IMG/VR virus record: IMGVR_UViG_3300033463_000012
Reading direction: 5' to 3' (one strand)
Length of the DNA stretch: 64,000 nt
Source of the DNA: a virus
Taxonomy: Duplodnaviria > Caudoviricetes
Shown here: piece by piece, positions 10,059 to 19,476 of the stretch
Layout: each line of letters starts with the position of its first letter
Numbering within the stretch: the first letter of the stretch is position 1
Program-made: the position numbers and the translations under genes
Notes under the pieces: model-generated
Seen by the model: the letters and a program-made list of their open reading frames with translations, nothing else
Told to the model about the DNA's origin: nothing
Database searches by the model: none

Positions 10059-11101
10059 ACATTTTCAGCATTGGCCCGTTTGAACAATTCGATGTACCCA
10101 GGAATCCGGATGACCCCTATGTCCCGATTGACCCACCCGATGATGATGGAAATCCTTTTGAATGGGTATATGACCACACGCAGAGGGACAAGCAGGGTGA
10201 CCCGATCAAGATAGGTCCATGGAATGACAGATTGACCGACATCGTGAACTGGATTCCCGGTGCATTAAGGGACACTGAACTGACGGAATTCGTCTCTTTG
10301 TATCAGGACTTCTTAAACAAGGGAATGTACACCACTCCCTGCAAATGGGACGAATCGGAACTCGCCACCTCGATGCTCAAGAAAATCGAGAGGATTTTGG
10401 ACTTCCGGGATCCTTCCGAAATAGATGAGAATTTGATACAGAACTATGCAGACCTTCTTGGCTTCTCTGCGTCCGACATGAAGAAAATCAGCGAGATGAA
10501 CAAGGGCGAAGAAGGGGATGAATCACTGGATGACGTCTACAACAGATGCAGAGAACTCATCCGTTCCATTCCTTTCCTGGAAGCCAACAAGACGACTGAA
10601 ATCGCCATGATGCTCTTGATCGGCATACTCGGAAAAACCTTTGAATTCAAGGTCATGTATCTCGGGAAAGGAAGGACAGGGCAAGACTATGACAACTGCT
10701 ATTGGGAGGACAAAGGAAACCCGACTCCTCACTTCGGCCTGGAACTCCCTCTGGGCAAAAGTTTGGACGATGCTACTGCAAAAGTGGTCAACCAGATAAT
10801 CGAATCCATTCGGCCTATCAACACTGTCTATGAAGGAATAACTCAGTCAGAAACAATCGACGTGACATTGGGTTCGAACACCAAGGACGAGGAAGGGTGG
10901 AAGAACGCTGACACCATGAAGATCAGCTCGACCATATACAACAACCAGTTTATGGATGTCACTGAAGGGACCATCTATGTCAATCCGAATCCTCAGGTAT
11001 CAAACAGAAATTCGACAGAGGAACCTATATTGACCAAGGCAGCAAACAGAAAAGTTGAGAAATTGGACACTGATATGCTTTTGGATAAAGAGGAAGAGTA
11101 G
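10055..11101 (+). CDS. Baseplate wedge protein (gp7/P2 gpI-like domain)
   Basis: FVSLYQDFL, ILDFRDPSEIDENLIQNYADLLGF, RELIRSIP..NKTT, IESIRPINT; follows gp6. Confidence 0.7.
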   Translation: MNIFSIGPFEQFDVPRNPDDPYVPIDPPDDDGNPFEWVYDHTQRDKQGDPIKIGPWNDRLTDIVNWIPGALRDTELTEFVSLYQDFLNKGMYTTPCKWDESELATSMLKKIERILDFRDPSEIDENLIQNYADLLGFSASDMKKISEMNKGEEGDESLDDVYNRCRELIRSIPFLEANKTTEIAMMLLIGILGKTFEFKVMYLGKGRTGQDYDNCYWEDKGNPTPHFGLELPLGKSLDDATAKVVNQIIESIRPINTVYEGITQSETIDVTLGSNTKDEEGWKNADTMKISSTIYNNQFMDVTEGTIYVNPNPQVSNRNSTEEPILTKAANRKVEKLDTDMLLDKEEE

Positions 11102-11120
11102 TAAATTAATGGATAAATGG

Positions 11121-11225
11121 TCCCTGACTGCATAGGATGACTTCTGAGCCACTTTCGGGTGAGGTAAGTAAAAGATACTAGACATAGGTAAAACTGGCTC
11201 AGAACGCACCAGAAACAGTGAGGGA
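11121..11225 (+). repeat. Dispersed ~105-bp dyad-symmetric element, copy 1
   Basis: TCCCTGACTG..TTCTGAGCCA-core GGTAAGTAAAAGATACTAG-TGGCTCAGAA..CAGTGAGGGA. Confidence 0.75.
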
Positions 11226-11240
11226 GAAGGTAGGTAAGAT

Positions 11241-12107
11241 ATGGCAACTTGTGGATGTTCAGGCGTAGGTTCAGGGGATTGGATATTCACTGAAATTTGT
11301 TCAATCCAAGAATTAGCTGCCTATTGCAAAAGAAAATTGGGTGCGGGCGTTTTATGCGTCCAGCTCACTGATCAGCACCTTCTGGACTGCTGCTGTCAGG
11401 CAATCCGAATGGCCTACCGCTATCTCTACGGCGAAGCGACCAAGCGCGACTACCTCATCATGAAACTTCTGCATGGACAGACTCATTATCGGGCTGCACA
11501 CAAGGACAAGGATGGGAACGAGGTCGAAGGCAACGTCTATACCCTGATTTGGAATGACATCGAAAAGAAATTGGAAGAACAACCAATCGACCCGGAAGAA
11601 TGGTGCAAATATACCTATGCCTGGGACTTTTCGATCATGAACCTGTTCGGCGGGATCAACACCCTTCACTCGGCCGAAAACCTGCTGTTGTCTGACTGGG
11701 CAAGGAATCTGACGAAGAATGGCGGTGGCCTGGTTTCCTATGATGCTGCAATGACTTGGCTGAAGCAGGTGGACAATCAGTTTGGCGCACATTTCCAGGC
11801 GTCAATGCATGAACCTTCTCATACTTTGACCGTTCTGCCTATGCCGAAATATGACACTTGGGCGCTGTTGCAGATATGGAAGAAAGCGGAAGTGCACGAA
11901 ATTTTGAACAACCCCTTGGTCATGGACTTGGCCCAGGGATATTGCTTCATGCAACTAGGTGTGATTTTGAACAAGTATACAGTGACTCTTGCCGGTGGCG
12001 GGTCATTGAACGGGTCGGATTTCTACAGCCAGGGCAAGGAACTGGTGGATTCGACCATGGAACGGTTGAGGGGAGAAGCCGATCCTCCGCTGTTCTTCAT
12101 AGGCTAA
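11241..12107 (+). CDS. gp13: Neck protein (gp13-like)
   Basis: ELAAYCKRKLGAGVLCVQLTDQHLLDC; LNKYTVTLAGGGSLNGSDFYSQG..PPLFFIG. Confidence 0.92.
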   Translation: MATCGCSGVGSGDWIFTEICSIQELAAYCKRKLGAGVLCVQLTDQHLLDCCCQAIRMAYRYLYGEATKRDYLIMKLLHGQTHYRAAHKDKDGNEVEGNVYTLIWNDIEKKLEEQPIDPEEWCKYTYAWDFSIMNLFGGINTLHSAENLLLSDWARNLTKNGGGLVSYDAAMTWLKQVDNQFGAHFQASMHEPSHTLTVLPMPKYDTWALLQIWKKAEVHEILNNPLVMDLAQGYCFMQLGVILNKYTVTLAGGGSLNGSDFYSQGKELVDSTMERLRGEADPPLFFIG

Positions 12108-12110
12108 ATT
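12104..12110 (+). promoter_or_regulatory. Putative late promoter CTAAATT (cargo-like cluster 12138-15264)
   Basis: Exact motif overlapping the gp13 stop. Confidence 0.7.
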
Positions 12111-12137
12111 GAACAAACAACCAAAAGGAAATTTCAA

Positions 12138-12395
12138 ATGATCAGACGCAGAAGACTTTACGAAGAAGACGACTATGTTAGAGGTAAAGAGTGGACCCAT
12201 GCTAATTTGAACTATAAAAGCGGTTATCATGATGCGCTGAAATTCGTTGTCAATGTCGCTGAAGATTACGATGATATTGATGGATTTCGTGTATGGATAA
12301 ATCATGCTATTACAAAAGCTAAAAAAGAACTGAGTGAAGCGGGTGAATCATGGGCAAAGATCAGAGGCCTTAACCAAGAGAAAACAGGAGTATAG
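12138..12395 (+). CDS. Hypothetical protein, candidate internal head protein (MIRRRRLYE leader)
   Basis: SD AAGGA; late promoter; basic leader ending L-x-E. Confidence 0.75.
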   Translation: MIRRRRLYEEDDYVRGKEWTHANLNYKSGYHDALKFVVNVAEDYDDIDGFRVWINHAITKAKKELSEAGESWAKIRGLNQEKTGV

Positions 12396-12396
12396 A

Positions 12397-13386
12397 ATGA
12401 TCAGACACAGAAGAATGATGGAATCTAGAATAAGCGATAAGGCACAAGAAATAATAAATGCCAAGAAGAAACGTCAGGATAGGCGTTCCTCCAAAATGTC
12501 ATACGAAGAGACTCAAGAGGCCGAAAACAAACGTCGCATTGAGCGGATATTCATGATAAAGGTCAAGAAGCTGTACGGTCTTCTTCCTGAGATATTGAAA
12601 GATGTGGAAACTGTTTATCAGGTAACAGGAAAGGCCATAGATGAGGAAGCTGGTGACGAGACTTTTCCTGATATGTTTTTCGGTATCTCAGACAATGAGC
12701 CTTATGTTGAGGTTGAAGCCGACTTGGTAGCTAGGGTTTCCGGGGAAACAGGAAGAAAGCATTTGATTTTGCAAAGTAAATATGACGGTTATTCTCTAAA
12801 TATCGATATAAACGGTGGCAGAGTAATTTACTCTTATATTCTTAAATTCGCCAGGAGCCTAGAGGATGTTGATGAAAGCGAGAGCGACAAGGACGCCATA
12901 GAACATCTTTTCAAACAAATCTCTCGGTGTATTGAAATTGTAGAAGATGATGCTGATGAAGTGAGCAAGAAGCTGGAAGGAATCCTTGACGAATACGACC
13001 GTAAGGAAATTCGTGGAATGAAGGAATCCTACAGACGTCGTGGTCACATGCTTCGTGAAGGACTTCTCAGTCAAGCCAAAGAAGAAGCCGAAAAGAGAAA
13101 GAGCAATGGAAAAATCATTCAGGAAAGGGCAAAGGAATTCCTGAAAGTTTTGAAAGAACTCTATCTGCACGCCGGTTATCATTTTGATTGGGATGAAGCC
13201 GAATGGACATCAGACAATGATCTCAAAATTCCATACGACATCAATGACGAAAAGACCGAAAAATTGGTCAATGAACTTTGCAGATATGGATGGATTTCCA
13301 AATGGAACAAATACAAGATTTGGGTCAAAGCAAAAGAATTTGCGGATGATGACCGTTTTGAAACCCTAATGGGTTGGTTGTCCTAA
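12397..13386 (+). CDS. Hypothetical two-module protein with leader MIRHRRMME and internal linker MKESYRRRGHMLRE
   Basis: Start at 12397 after SD AGGAG; linker at 13018-13059. Confidence 0.8.
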   Translation: MIRHRRMMESRISDKAQEIINAKKKRQDRRSSKMSYEETQEAENKRRIERIFMIKVKKLYGLLPEILKDVETVYQVTGKAIDEEAGDETFPDMFFGISDNEPYVEVEADLVARVSGETGRKHLILQSKYDGYSLNIDINGGRVIYSYILKFARSLEDVDESESDKDAIEHLFKQISRCIEIVEDDADEVSKKLEGILDEYDRKEIRGMKESYRRRGHMLREGLLSQAKEEAEKRKSNGKIIQERAKEFLKVLKELYLHAGYHFDWDEAEWTSDNDLKIPYDINDEKTEKLVNELCRYGWISKWNKYKIWVKAKEFADDDRFETLMGWLS

Positions 13387-13411
13387 TGAAGGTTATTGAT
13401 CAAAAGGAGTT

Positions 13412-14620
13412 ATGAACATGGATTCATTTTGGAGCACAGAAGCATATTTATATCGCGAAGAAGATGATTTCTATTGCTTCAATTGTCTGGGTGATGAAGC
13501 GTCACTTGACATATTCATCGACAAGGAAACATTGGATTCCAGTTATGCCTTGATCATTGGTGATGAATATGCTATCGGGGACAAAGACAATCATGTTTCC
13601 GAAGACGTGATTCTGACCAAAGGAAATGAATTACTGGAAAGCGTGATCGGGGAATATGCAACACTGACCAAAGATCAACTCATGGAGATGACATACAATG
13701 CATCAACCCAGGTCACTTCGGAATACAATGACCTAGGAACCGATACCAGAACAGGGCTTCCTTGGGGTCAAACCGAAGACATGAATGAATCCACTGAACC
13801 GGAAAAACTCGACGAAAGACTGGAAATAGATGACAATTTCAGAGTCATGTGGGGTGGACATTTGACCAACATCGCTGACACTCTGTATGCAATCTACAAG
13901 GGTGGAGACAACTTCAACAGACAAGAATTTCAAGACGGAATGGTAAGAAGCAGAAGTCTGAACAATGCCATGATGTATTTGAACATCTTTTCTGCTCTGC
14001 AACGCAAAGGTTGGCTGACAAAGGAACGTCAGGGTCGTCATTTCAAGTATCATCTTACACCCGAAGGAATGAAACAGGTTGATCGTGTTCTCGCCGCTTT
14101 GGGTGAAAAGAGAAATGACATCAAAACAGCAAAGCCAGAAACAAAGCCGGAAAGCAAACCCGAAACAAAACCAGTGTCCAACAAGATTTCCGTGATGCCT
14201 TTTGAACAGTGTTTCTTCGCCTCAATGGTTTTGGATGCCGAAGATTACAGTGGACCACGTGAATGCTCCTGGATCAGTCCCAGTAATTTGCGTGAAGTGC
14301 TTGAAACATATACAGATGAAGATGACAATCCTTTGAATGTAAATGAACTCAAGCGGCTATATGAAGAATATAAGGCAAAAATCCTCAATGGTGAATCCAA
14401 AAGCAATGCAAAACTTCATAAGGTTGGTTATGACTATGGGGAAATTTCCAGCAGATGCATTCCAGACATCACCGAATATGGAAAATCTTGGCCCGAATAT
14501 GACAGACGGCAGGCACGTGTTCAGCTAGAAACCACACTTTGGATGCTTGTTACAACTTCCAGAGACGATTGGAAATTCAATGACAATGAATGGGATAGTT
14601 GCCCTGTCAAGAAAAAGTAA
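13412..14620 (+). CDS. Hypothetical multi-module protein with a winged-helix-like segment
   Basis: LQRKGWLTKERQGRHFKYHLTPEG; junction MNESTEPEKLDE; KPETKP spacer. Confidence 0.8.
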   Translation: MNMDSFWSTEAYLYREEDDFYCFNCLGDEASLDIFIDKETLDSSYALIIGDEYAIGDKDNHVSEDVILTKGNELLESVIGEYATLTKDQLMEMTYNASTQVTSEYNDLGTDTRTGLPWGQTEDMNESTEPEKLDERLEIDDNFRVMWGGHLTNIADTLYAIYKGGDNFNRQEFQDGMVRSRSLNNAMMYLNIFSALQRKGWLTKERQGRHFKYHLTPEGMKQVDRVLAALGEKRNDIKTAKPETKPESKPETKPVSNKISVMPFEQCFFASMVLDAEDYSGPRECSWISPSNLREVLETYTDEDDNPLNVNELKRLYEEYKAKILNGESKSNAKLHKVGYDYGEISSRCIPDITEYGKSWPEYDRRQARVQLETTLWMLVTTSRDDWKFNDNEWDSCPVKKK

Positions 14621-14628
14621 GGAGAATA

Positions 14629-15264
14629 ATGAACATGAAGGAAAGTGTATTTGACAAAGGCATGCCAGAACACGATTATGTTTGGACAATCTTTGACTAT
14701 GATACTGGTGATTCAGAATACGAAGCGGACACCAGTTTCGAAACAGTTGAAGAAGCCAAAGCCGATGGTTTGGATTTCCTGAAAGGACTGACTGATGGAC
14801 ACTATGTGCTCAAGGTCTGGAATTTCTATGAAGATGAAGGCCCATTGGAAGATGGTGGTGTCCTTTGGATTGAAAGTGACCATGGCGAAATAAAAGATGA
14901 CATGGACGAATCTGTCGAAAGCCACGGTCAGATGCTTAATGAAGATGAATATCTCAGCAATCCTTTCAAGGTCGGGGACATTCTTGCAGGTTCATACAAC
15001 TACCGTGTCATAATTCCTCACTTCACCCAGGTCATTGCAGTCACACCGAAATCAGTGAAGTGCAGAGATTTGGTCGGTCAGGGAATGTCCGGCATGTTCG
15101 GTAACACCGCATACGCCGAAAAGGACGTATTCGACACCAGAGAACCGATTTGGACCGCTCGTGTCAAATACTACCGTGATGGTGATAGTCCACATGTCTA
15201 TCATGGACAGGTCTCGTACAGTCTATGGGACGGCAAGCCCATGCAATACGATTATATGGATTAG
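14629..15264 (+). CDS. Hypothetical two-module protein with linker MDESVESHGQMLNE
   Basis: Start 14629 after SD GGAG; linker 14902-14943, then FKVGDIL..VTPKSV phage-type module. Confidence 0.8.
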   Translation: MNMKESVFDKGMPEHDYVWTIFDYDTGDSEYEADTSFETVEEAKADGLDFLKGLTDGHYVLKVWNFYEDEGPLEDGGVLWIESDHGEIKDDMDESVESHGQMLNEDEYLSNPFKVGDILAGSYNYRVIIPHFTQVIAVTPKSVKCRDLVGQGMSGMFGNTAYAEKDVFDTREPIWTARVKYYRDGDSPHVYHGQVSYSLWDGKPMQYDYMD

Positions 15265-15287
15265 CTGACAAAGAATGAACATAAGAA

Positions 15288-15314
15288 GAGGCCCCACGAA
15301 AATGGGGCCTATTT
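15288..15314. terminator. Terminator between convergent genes
   Basis: AGGCCCCA-CGAAAA-TGGGGCCT followed by ATTTT. Confidence 0.8.
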
Positions 15315-15339
15315 TAATCAATAAATCAGAAGCATGTTT

Positions 15340-16026
15340 TTAATGATATTTGTCTTCCTTCAACATTTTTCCACGATAACGACGAGATTCCTTCATGTTC
15401 CTATGCATTTTGGCGAGTTTCTGTTTCTGTTCAGTCGAAAGAAGTTTCCAATAATTGTTTGGATTGGTGTAGCTCTTGACAGTTTTGTACAATTTGTCGA
15501 CAAGGTTTTTGTATTCATTCAAAAGGTAAATAGTTGGAACAGTAACAGCTTCAATAGTCGGAGTATCAAAATACTCTTCACGACAATCTTCATAGCAACA
15601 AACCAAAAAGTTATACAATTTATCTGGACTGCTAATACAATTTGAGTATTCCAAAGAAGTATCACCACCGGTTCTTGACCAATAAATAGTCAGTGGATAG
15701 TGTACATTAGGGTCATATTCTACATACCACCACAGGTCTGATGGACCAATTACTATAAATCCTTCATGAGTTATTCTGCAAATTTTGTATTCTTTCTCTG
15801 GTTTACTCAATTCTTCAATTAAATCATATTCATCCTGAGGATCTTTTTCAAAATTATCAAGACCATTGCACTTTATTGTCTTTTTATGTTCATCATAAAG
15901 TTCTTCCCAAATTTTATGAATTTTCCTACATTTGTCTTCAATGTAATCTGTAATTTCAGAACATTCCCAAGCTGCATCATGCAACTTCCGTTCTTCCTCT
16001 TCAGTGAATTCATATTCATCACGCAT
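15340..16026 (-). CDS. Hypothetical AT-rich protein ending in linker MKESRRYRGKMLKE
   Basis: 228-aa ORF; reverse CTAAATT at 16053-16059. Confidence 0.8.
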   Translation of the reverse strand: MRDEYEFTEEEERKLHDAAWECSEITDYIEDKCRKIHKIWEELYDEHKKTIKCNGLDNFEKDPQDEYDLIEELSKPEKEYKICRITHEGFIVIGPSDLWWYVEYDPNVHYPLTIYWSRTGGDTSLEYSNCISSPDKLYNFLVCCYEDCREEYFDTPTIEAVTVPTIYLLNEYKNLVDKLYKTVKSYTNPNNYWKLLSTEQKQKLAKMHRNMKESRRYRGKMLKEDKYH

Positions 16027-16052
16027 ATTCGAATCCTTTTGGTTGTTTATTC

Positions 16053-16074
16053 AATTTAGTCCCGTCTCTAAATT
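16053..16074. promoter_or_regulatory. Divergent late promoters (AATTTAG 16053-16059, CTAAATT 16068-16074)
   Basis: Exact motif on both strands. Confidence 0.7.
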
Positions 16075-16095
16075 GGTCAAGAGAGGTGCAATGTC

Positions 16096-17055
16096 ATGAA
16101 AAGATCTGGTTGGCCATATTTCTACAGCTCCAGCATACGCAGATTGTTGGTTGCCTTTATGACCACTTTCTCTGACATCAAGGTTCGTAGATATGATGAC
16201 TCTGGTCTGAAGACACCAGAGCATTACAAGGAAATCCTGGTTCCTATCAAGTTCGGTCCTATGTCAAAGTATTTCCAGAGACGGACTGAAGACGCATCAG
16301 GGCAAAGGTATTACATTCAGCTCCCTGCAATGGCCGTCACATTCTCGTCGTTCTCCTTTGACAATGCACGTTCCACTGCCTCAAGACAAAGACGATTCCT
16401 TCTTGACCCTGACAAATACACCGTTCCTGCTGAATTCCTGACCGACATGATGCCTTCCCCCTGGGACATCAACTTCACTTTGGCCATAAAGACGGAATCA
16501 TTCCAGGACTTCTGCCAGATAATCGAGCAAATCGTTCCCTGGTTCAACCCGGCAATCCACATCAAGGTCAAGGAATTCGAGACTGTCAACTTGGAAAGGG
16601 ACATTGAAGTGATCTTGAACGGGATGAGCACTGACATCACGGAAGAAGTTGAGGAAGACGGCAAGCGATATGTTTCCGGAACCTTGGACTTTGTCGCCAA
16701 GGCCTGGATGTACAAGCCAATCTCAATGGCCGACAACATGATCAAGGTCATCCATACCCACTACGGTTTTGACCCCGAATTCAATCTCGACGGGGAGAAT
16801 TTCGTGACCAAGGGAATGAAGCTGGAAGAGGCAATGGACAAGAAGGAATATCCCATGAAACCTGCGAGAACACGTGGGGAAGTGGACAAGATGGATGTGG
16901 AAAATGCACCTGAAGACTTGCCGGACATGGGATACATCAATGACAAAACCACCGACGGAAGGCCGAATCACGTGCCTTACAATGTCGAAGTGAAGCCGGA
17001 TGAAGCGGAAATGGAATTCAATGCAGAGGATGCAGAAGGAGAAACGAATGGCTGA
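16096..17055 (+). CDS. gp15: Tail sheath stabilizer / tail terminator (gp15-like)
   Basis: SIRRLLVAF..FSDIKVRR, VPIKFGP, QLPAM, PSPWDINFTL..QIIEQIVPWFNP. Confidence 0.93.
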   Translation: MKRSGWPYFYSSSIRRLLVAFMTTFSDIKVRRYDDSGLKTPEHYKEILVPIKFGPMSKYFQRRTEDASGQRYYIQLPAMAVTFSSFSFDNARSTASRQRRFLLDPDKYTVPAEFLTDMMPSPWDINFTLAIKTESFQDFCQIIEQIVPWFNPAIHIKVKEFETVNLERDIEVILNGMSTDITEEVEEDGKRYVSGTLDFVAKAWMYKPISMADNMIKVIHTHYGFDPEFNLDGENFVTKGMKLEEAMDKKEYPMKPARTRGEVDKMDVENAPEDLPDMGYINDKTTDGRPNHVPYNVEVKPDEAEMEFNAEDAEGETNG

Positions 17056-17860
17056 TGTTGAAATCTATGTATGTGCATCCGATAAAAATCTCAAGGACAT
17101 AACCAGATTGAAATTGCCTTCAAACAGAAAAGTCATTACAACAGAAAAATCTGGATTTAAAGACAATATTGACAATTTGAATCCTTGGTATTGTGAAGCA
17201 TCTGCTCTGTATTCTTTGTGGAAAAATTCAACTGCTGACATAATCGGTTTGGAACATTATCGCAGATTCTTTGTATCAAATGGCAAAATATTGAATGAAG
17301 AACAGATAAAGTCAAAGCTGAAAGAAAATGACATTATTGCCTGTGAAATGAAACTCAAATCTCCTACGATAGATGCTGGTTTCAGAAAAGGATTTGTTGG
17401 ATTCCCGTGGACAAAAGAAAAAAGATGTAAAATTCATTGGATGTTGACAGACTTTTTGAATCATCTTTCCGCCACTGAAAAGTATGCAGAGATGTCAAAA
17501 TTCATGCAAAATGAATTGAATCATAGCAGTGCATTCTTCAAGGGAAACATGTTCATTGCCAAAAGGTCTGTAGTTGAACCTTGGTTTGAAATGATGTTCA
17601 CTGAGTTGGAATCCTATCTGAAGTCAAAAAATATAAAATTGGATGAATCGAACCTTAGGTCAATTGGTTGGTTGTTCGAATATCTGTTTTTGCCGTGGTG
17701 TCATTATATGAAATTGAAGATTGCACCATGTAATATCCGTGAATATGATAAATGTCTGAAAAGAATTGATACTGACATTCATGCTATTGTTCATAAAAAG
17801 ATTGTAATAAAGGCAAAGAAAAGAACTACAAGTAAAATTCAAGATGATTGGGAGGACTAG
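17048..17860 (+). CDS. DUF4422-family putative glycosyltransferase
   Basis: DNIDNLNPWYCEASALYSLWKN..IIGLEHYRRFF, NMFIAK, R..GWLFE. Confidence 0.85.
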   Translation: MADVEIYVCASDKNLKDITRLKLPSNRKVITTEKSGFKDNIDNLNPWYCEASALYSLWKNSTADIIGLEHYRRFFVSNGKILNEEQIKSKLKENDIIACEMKLKSPTIDAGFRKGFVGFPWTKEKRCKIHWMLTDFLNHLSATEKYAEMSKFMQNELNHSSAFFKGNMFIAKRSVVEPWFEMMFTELESYLKSKNIKLDESNLRSIGWLFEYLFLPWCHYMKLKIAPCNIREYDKCLKRIDTDIHAIVHKKIVIKAKKRTTSKIQDDWED

Positions 17861-18649
17861 ATGAGATTCGGAAGGGAAGTAAAGGAAAATCCTAGGACAT
17901 TTCAAGAAAAGCTGATCTGGCTGCAATTCTATGACAAAATGAATTGGCTGAAGCCTATATGTTCCGACAAAATAAAAGTCAGGGAATATGTGAAGGAAAA
18001 GATAGGATCAGACATCTGCGTTCCTCTTCTCAAGGTTTATGATTCTCCCGATGACATCAAGCTGGAAGAATTGCCCAATCATTTCATTCTGAAGACAAAT
18101 CACGGAAGTGGTCAATTCATCAGATGCAGAGACAAATCAAAGTTCAATCTTCAGGAAGCGAAATCCAAACTAAAAACCTGGTTGTCTCGTCCTTATGGTG
18201 TCTCCACTTGTGAACCTCATTATTTCTACATAGACAGAAAATGCTATGCCGAGGCACTTCTGGAAAACACCAATGGAAACAACGTGGATGACTACAAGCT
18301 ATACTGTTTCAATGGAAAGCCAAAGATGGTTCAGATGGAATGCGACAAGGGAACACCCAATGCTCGTTTCCAATATTATGACATGAATTTGAAGTTCATG
18401 AACATTTGCAGGACTGATCATAAGAGTCGGAAGGACCTTGTCAAAAAGGATATTCTGCCGAAGCACTTGGACATTATGAAGGAATATGCAGAAAAGTTGG
18501 CCGCACCTTTCAAATTCGTTCGGGTTGACTTTTATGAAGTGAACGGAAAGGTGTATTTTGGCGAAATGACATTTGTCCCAGGTGCAGCTAATTTTTCATT
18601 TACGAATCCTAATGTATCATTGGAATTGGGGAAGTGGCTCAATATATGA
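17861..18649 (+). CDS. TupA-like ATP-grasp amide ligase
   Basis: NPRTFQEKL, DKIKVREYV, FILKTNHGSG, DYKLYCFNGKP, FVRVDFY..GEMTF. Confidence 0.9.
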   Translation: MRFGREVKENPRTFQEKLIWLQFYDKMNWLKPICSDKIKVREYVKEKIGSDICVPLLKVYDSPDDIKLEELPNHFILKTNHGSGQFIRCRDKSKFNLQEAKSKLKTWLSRPYGVSTCEPHYFYIDRKCYAEALLENTNGNNVDDYKLYCFNGKPKMVQMECDKGTPNARFQYYDMNLKFMNICRTDHKSRKDLVKKDILPKHLDIMKEYAEKLAAPFKFVRVDFYEVNGKVYFGEMTFVPGAANFSFTNPNVSLELGKWLNI

Positions 18650-19476
18650 AGTATTCAATCCTTACATACAATTTCGGTGGCTATGACAATCCAAGGAAAC
18701 CACAGGAAGTTTCCAAGGAAGCTGAATATGTTTTCGTGACAGATTCCAAGGGTTCAGTTGCTCCTTTTGTCAGGAAATCATTGAACATCAAGGGAACGCC
18801 ATTGGCCAAGTGTCAATATGTGAAGCATCATCCTTTCGAGTTCGTGTCATCTGATTGGGTCATAGTCATGGACTCGAGCATTGAAATTCAGCAGGACTTG
18901 ACCCCTTTGGTCGAATATTGTCAAGAAAAGGGAATTGAAGCAATGTTCATTTCCTCTCCATACGCCACTACATGGAAAACTGAAATCAAACCGAATCCAG
19001 TCTGGCAGAAAAGGAATCCCAATCTCAAGAAGGAAATCGATTGGCTTTGGAAGACATTCCCAGATGACAGATTAAACATAGAAGGGATGTTCTACATATT
19101 GCACAAAACTGATTTGGTGAACAGCATATTCTCATCTATTGTAGCTCACTGTAATGACTTGAAGAAACATGGCAGTGATCCGCGTCCTTGTCAGGTGATC
19201 TATTCCGGGACAGTGGCCAATGAATTTGCAGAAGAAATCAAATCCGGCAAAATCTCCTTTATGTCCTCATATCAGATTCGTGGTGCAGGTACAATGATGT
19301 GCATCTACCAACATGGGTCAAATAGGAAGTTTTCTGTTCTGAAATGTAGAGACGGAGTGAACATCATAGGTCTTGACTACAAACCACTTACTTTTAAGTG
19401 GCTGGATAGAGTTAAACCTTCAAAACCGGAAGTTCAAAAGAAACATATTTCAGGATTTGAGGAGTGGGATGAATGA
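18646..19476 (+). CDS. DUF616-like putative glycosyltransferase
   Basis: ILTYNFGGYD..EYVFVTD, YVKHHP, IVMDSSI. Confidence 0.65.
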   Translation: MKYSILTYNFGGYDNPRKPQEVSKEAEYVFVTDSKGSVAPFVRKSLNIKGTPLAKCQYVKHHPFEFVSSDWVIVMDSSIEIQQDLTPLVEYCQEKGIEAMFISSPYATTWKTEIKPNPVWQKRNPNLKKEIDWLWKTFPDDRLNIEGMFYILHKTDLVNSIFSSIVAHCNDLKKHGSDPRPCQVIYSGTVANEFAEEIKSGKISFMSSYQIRGAGTMMCIYQHGSNRKFSVLKCRDGVNIIGLDYKPLTFKWLDRVKPSKPEVQKKHISGFEEWDE

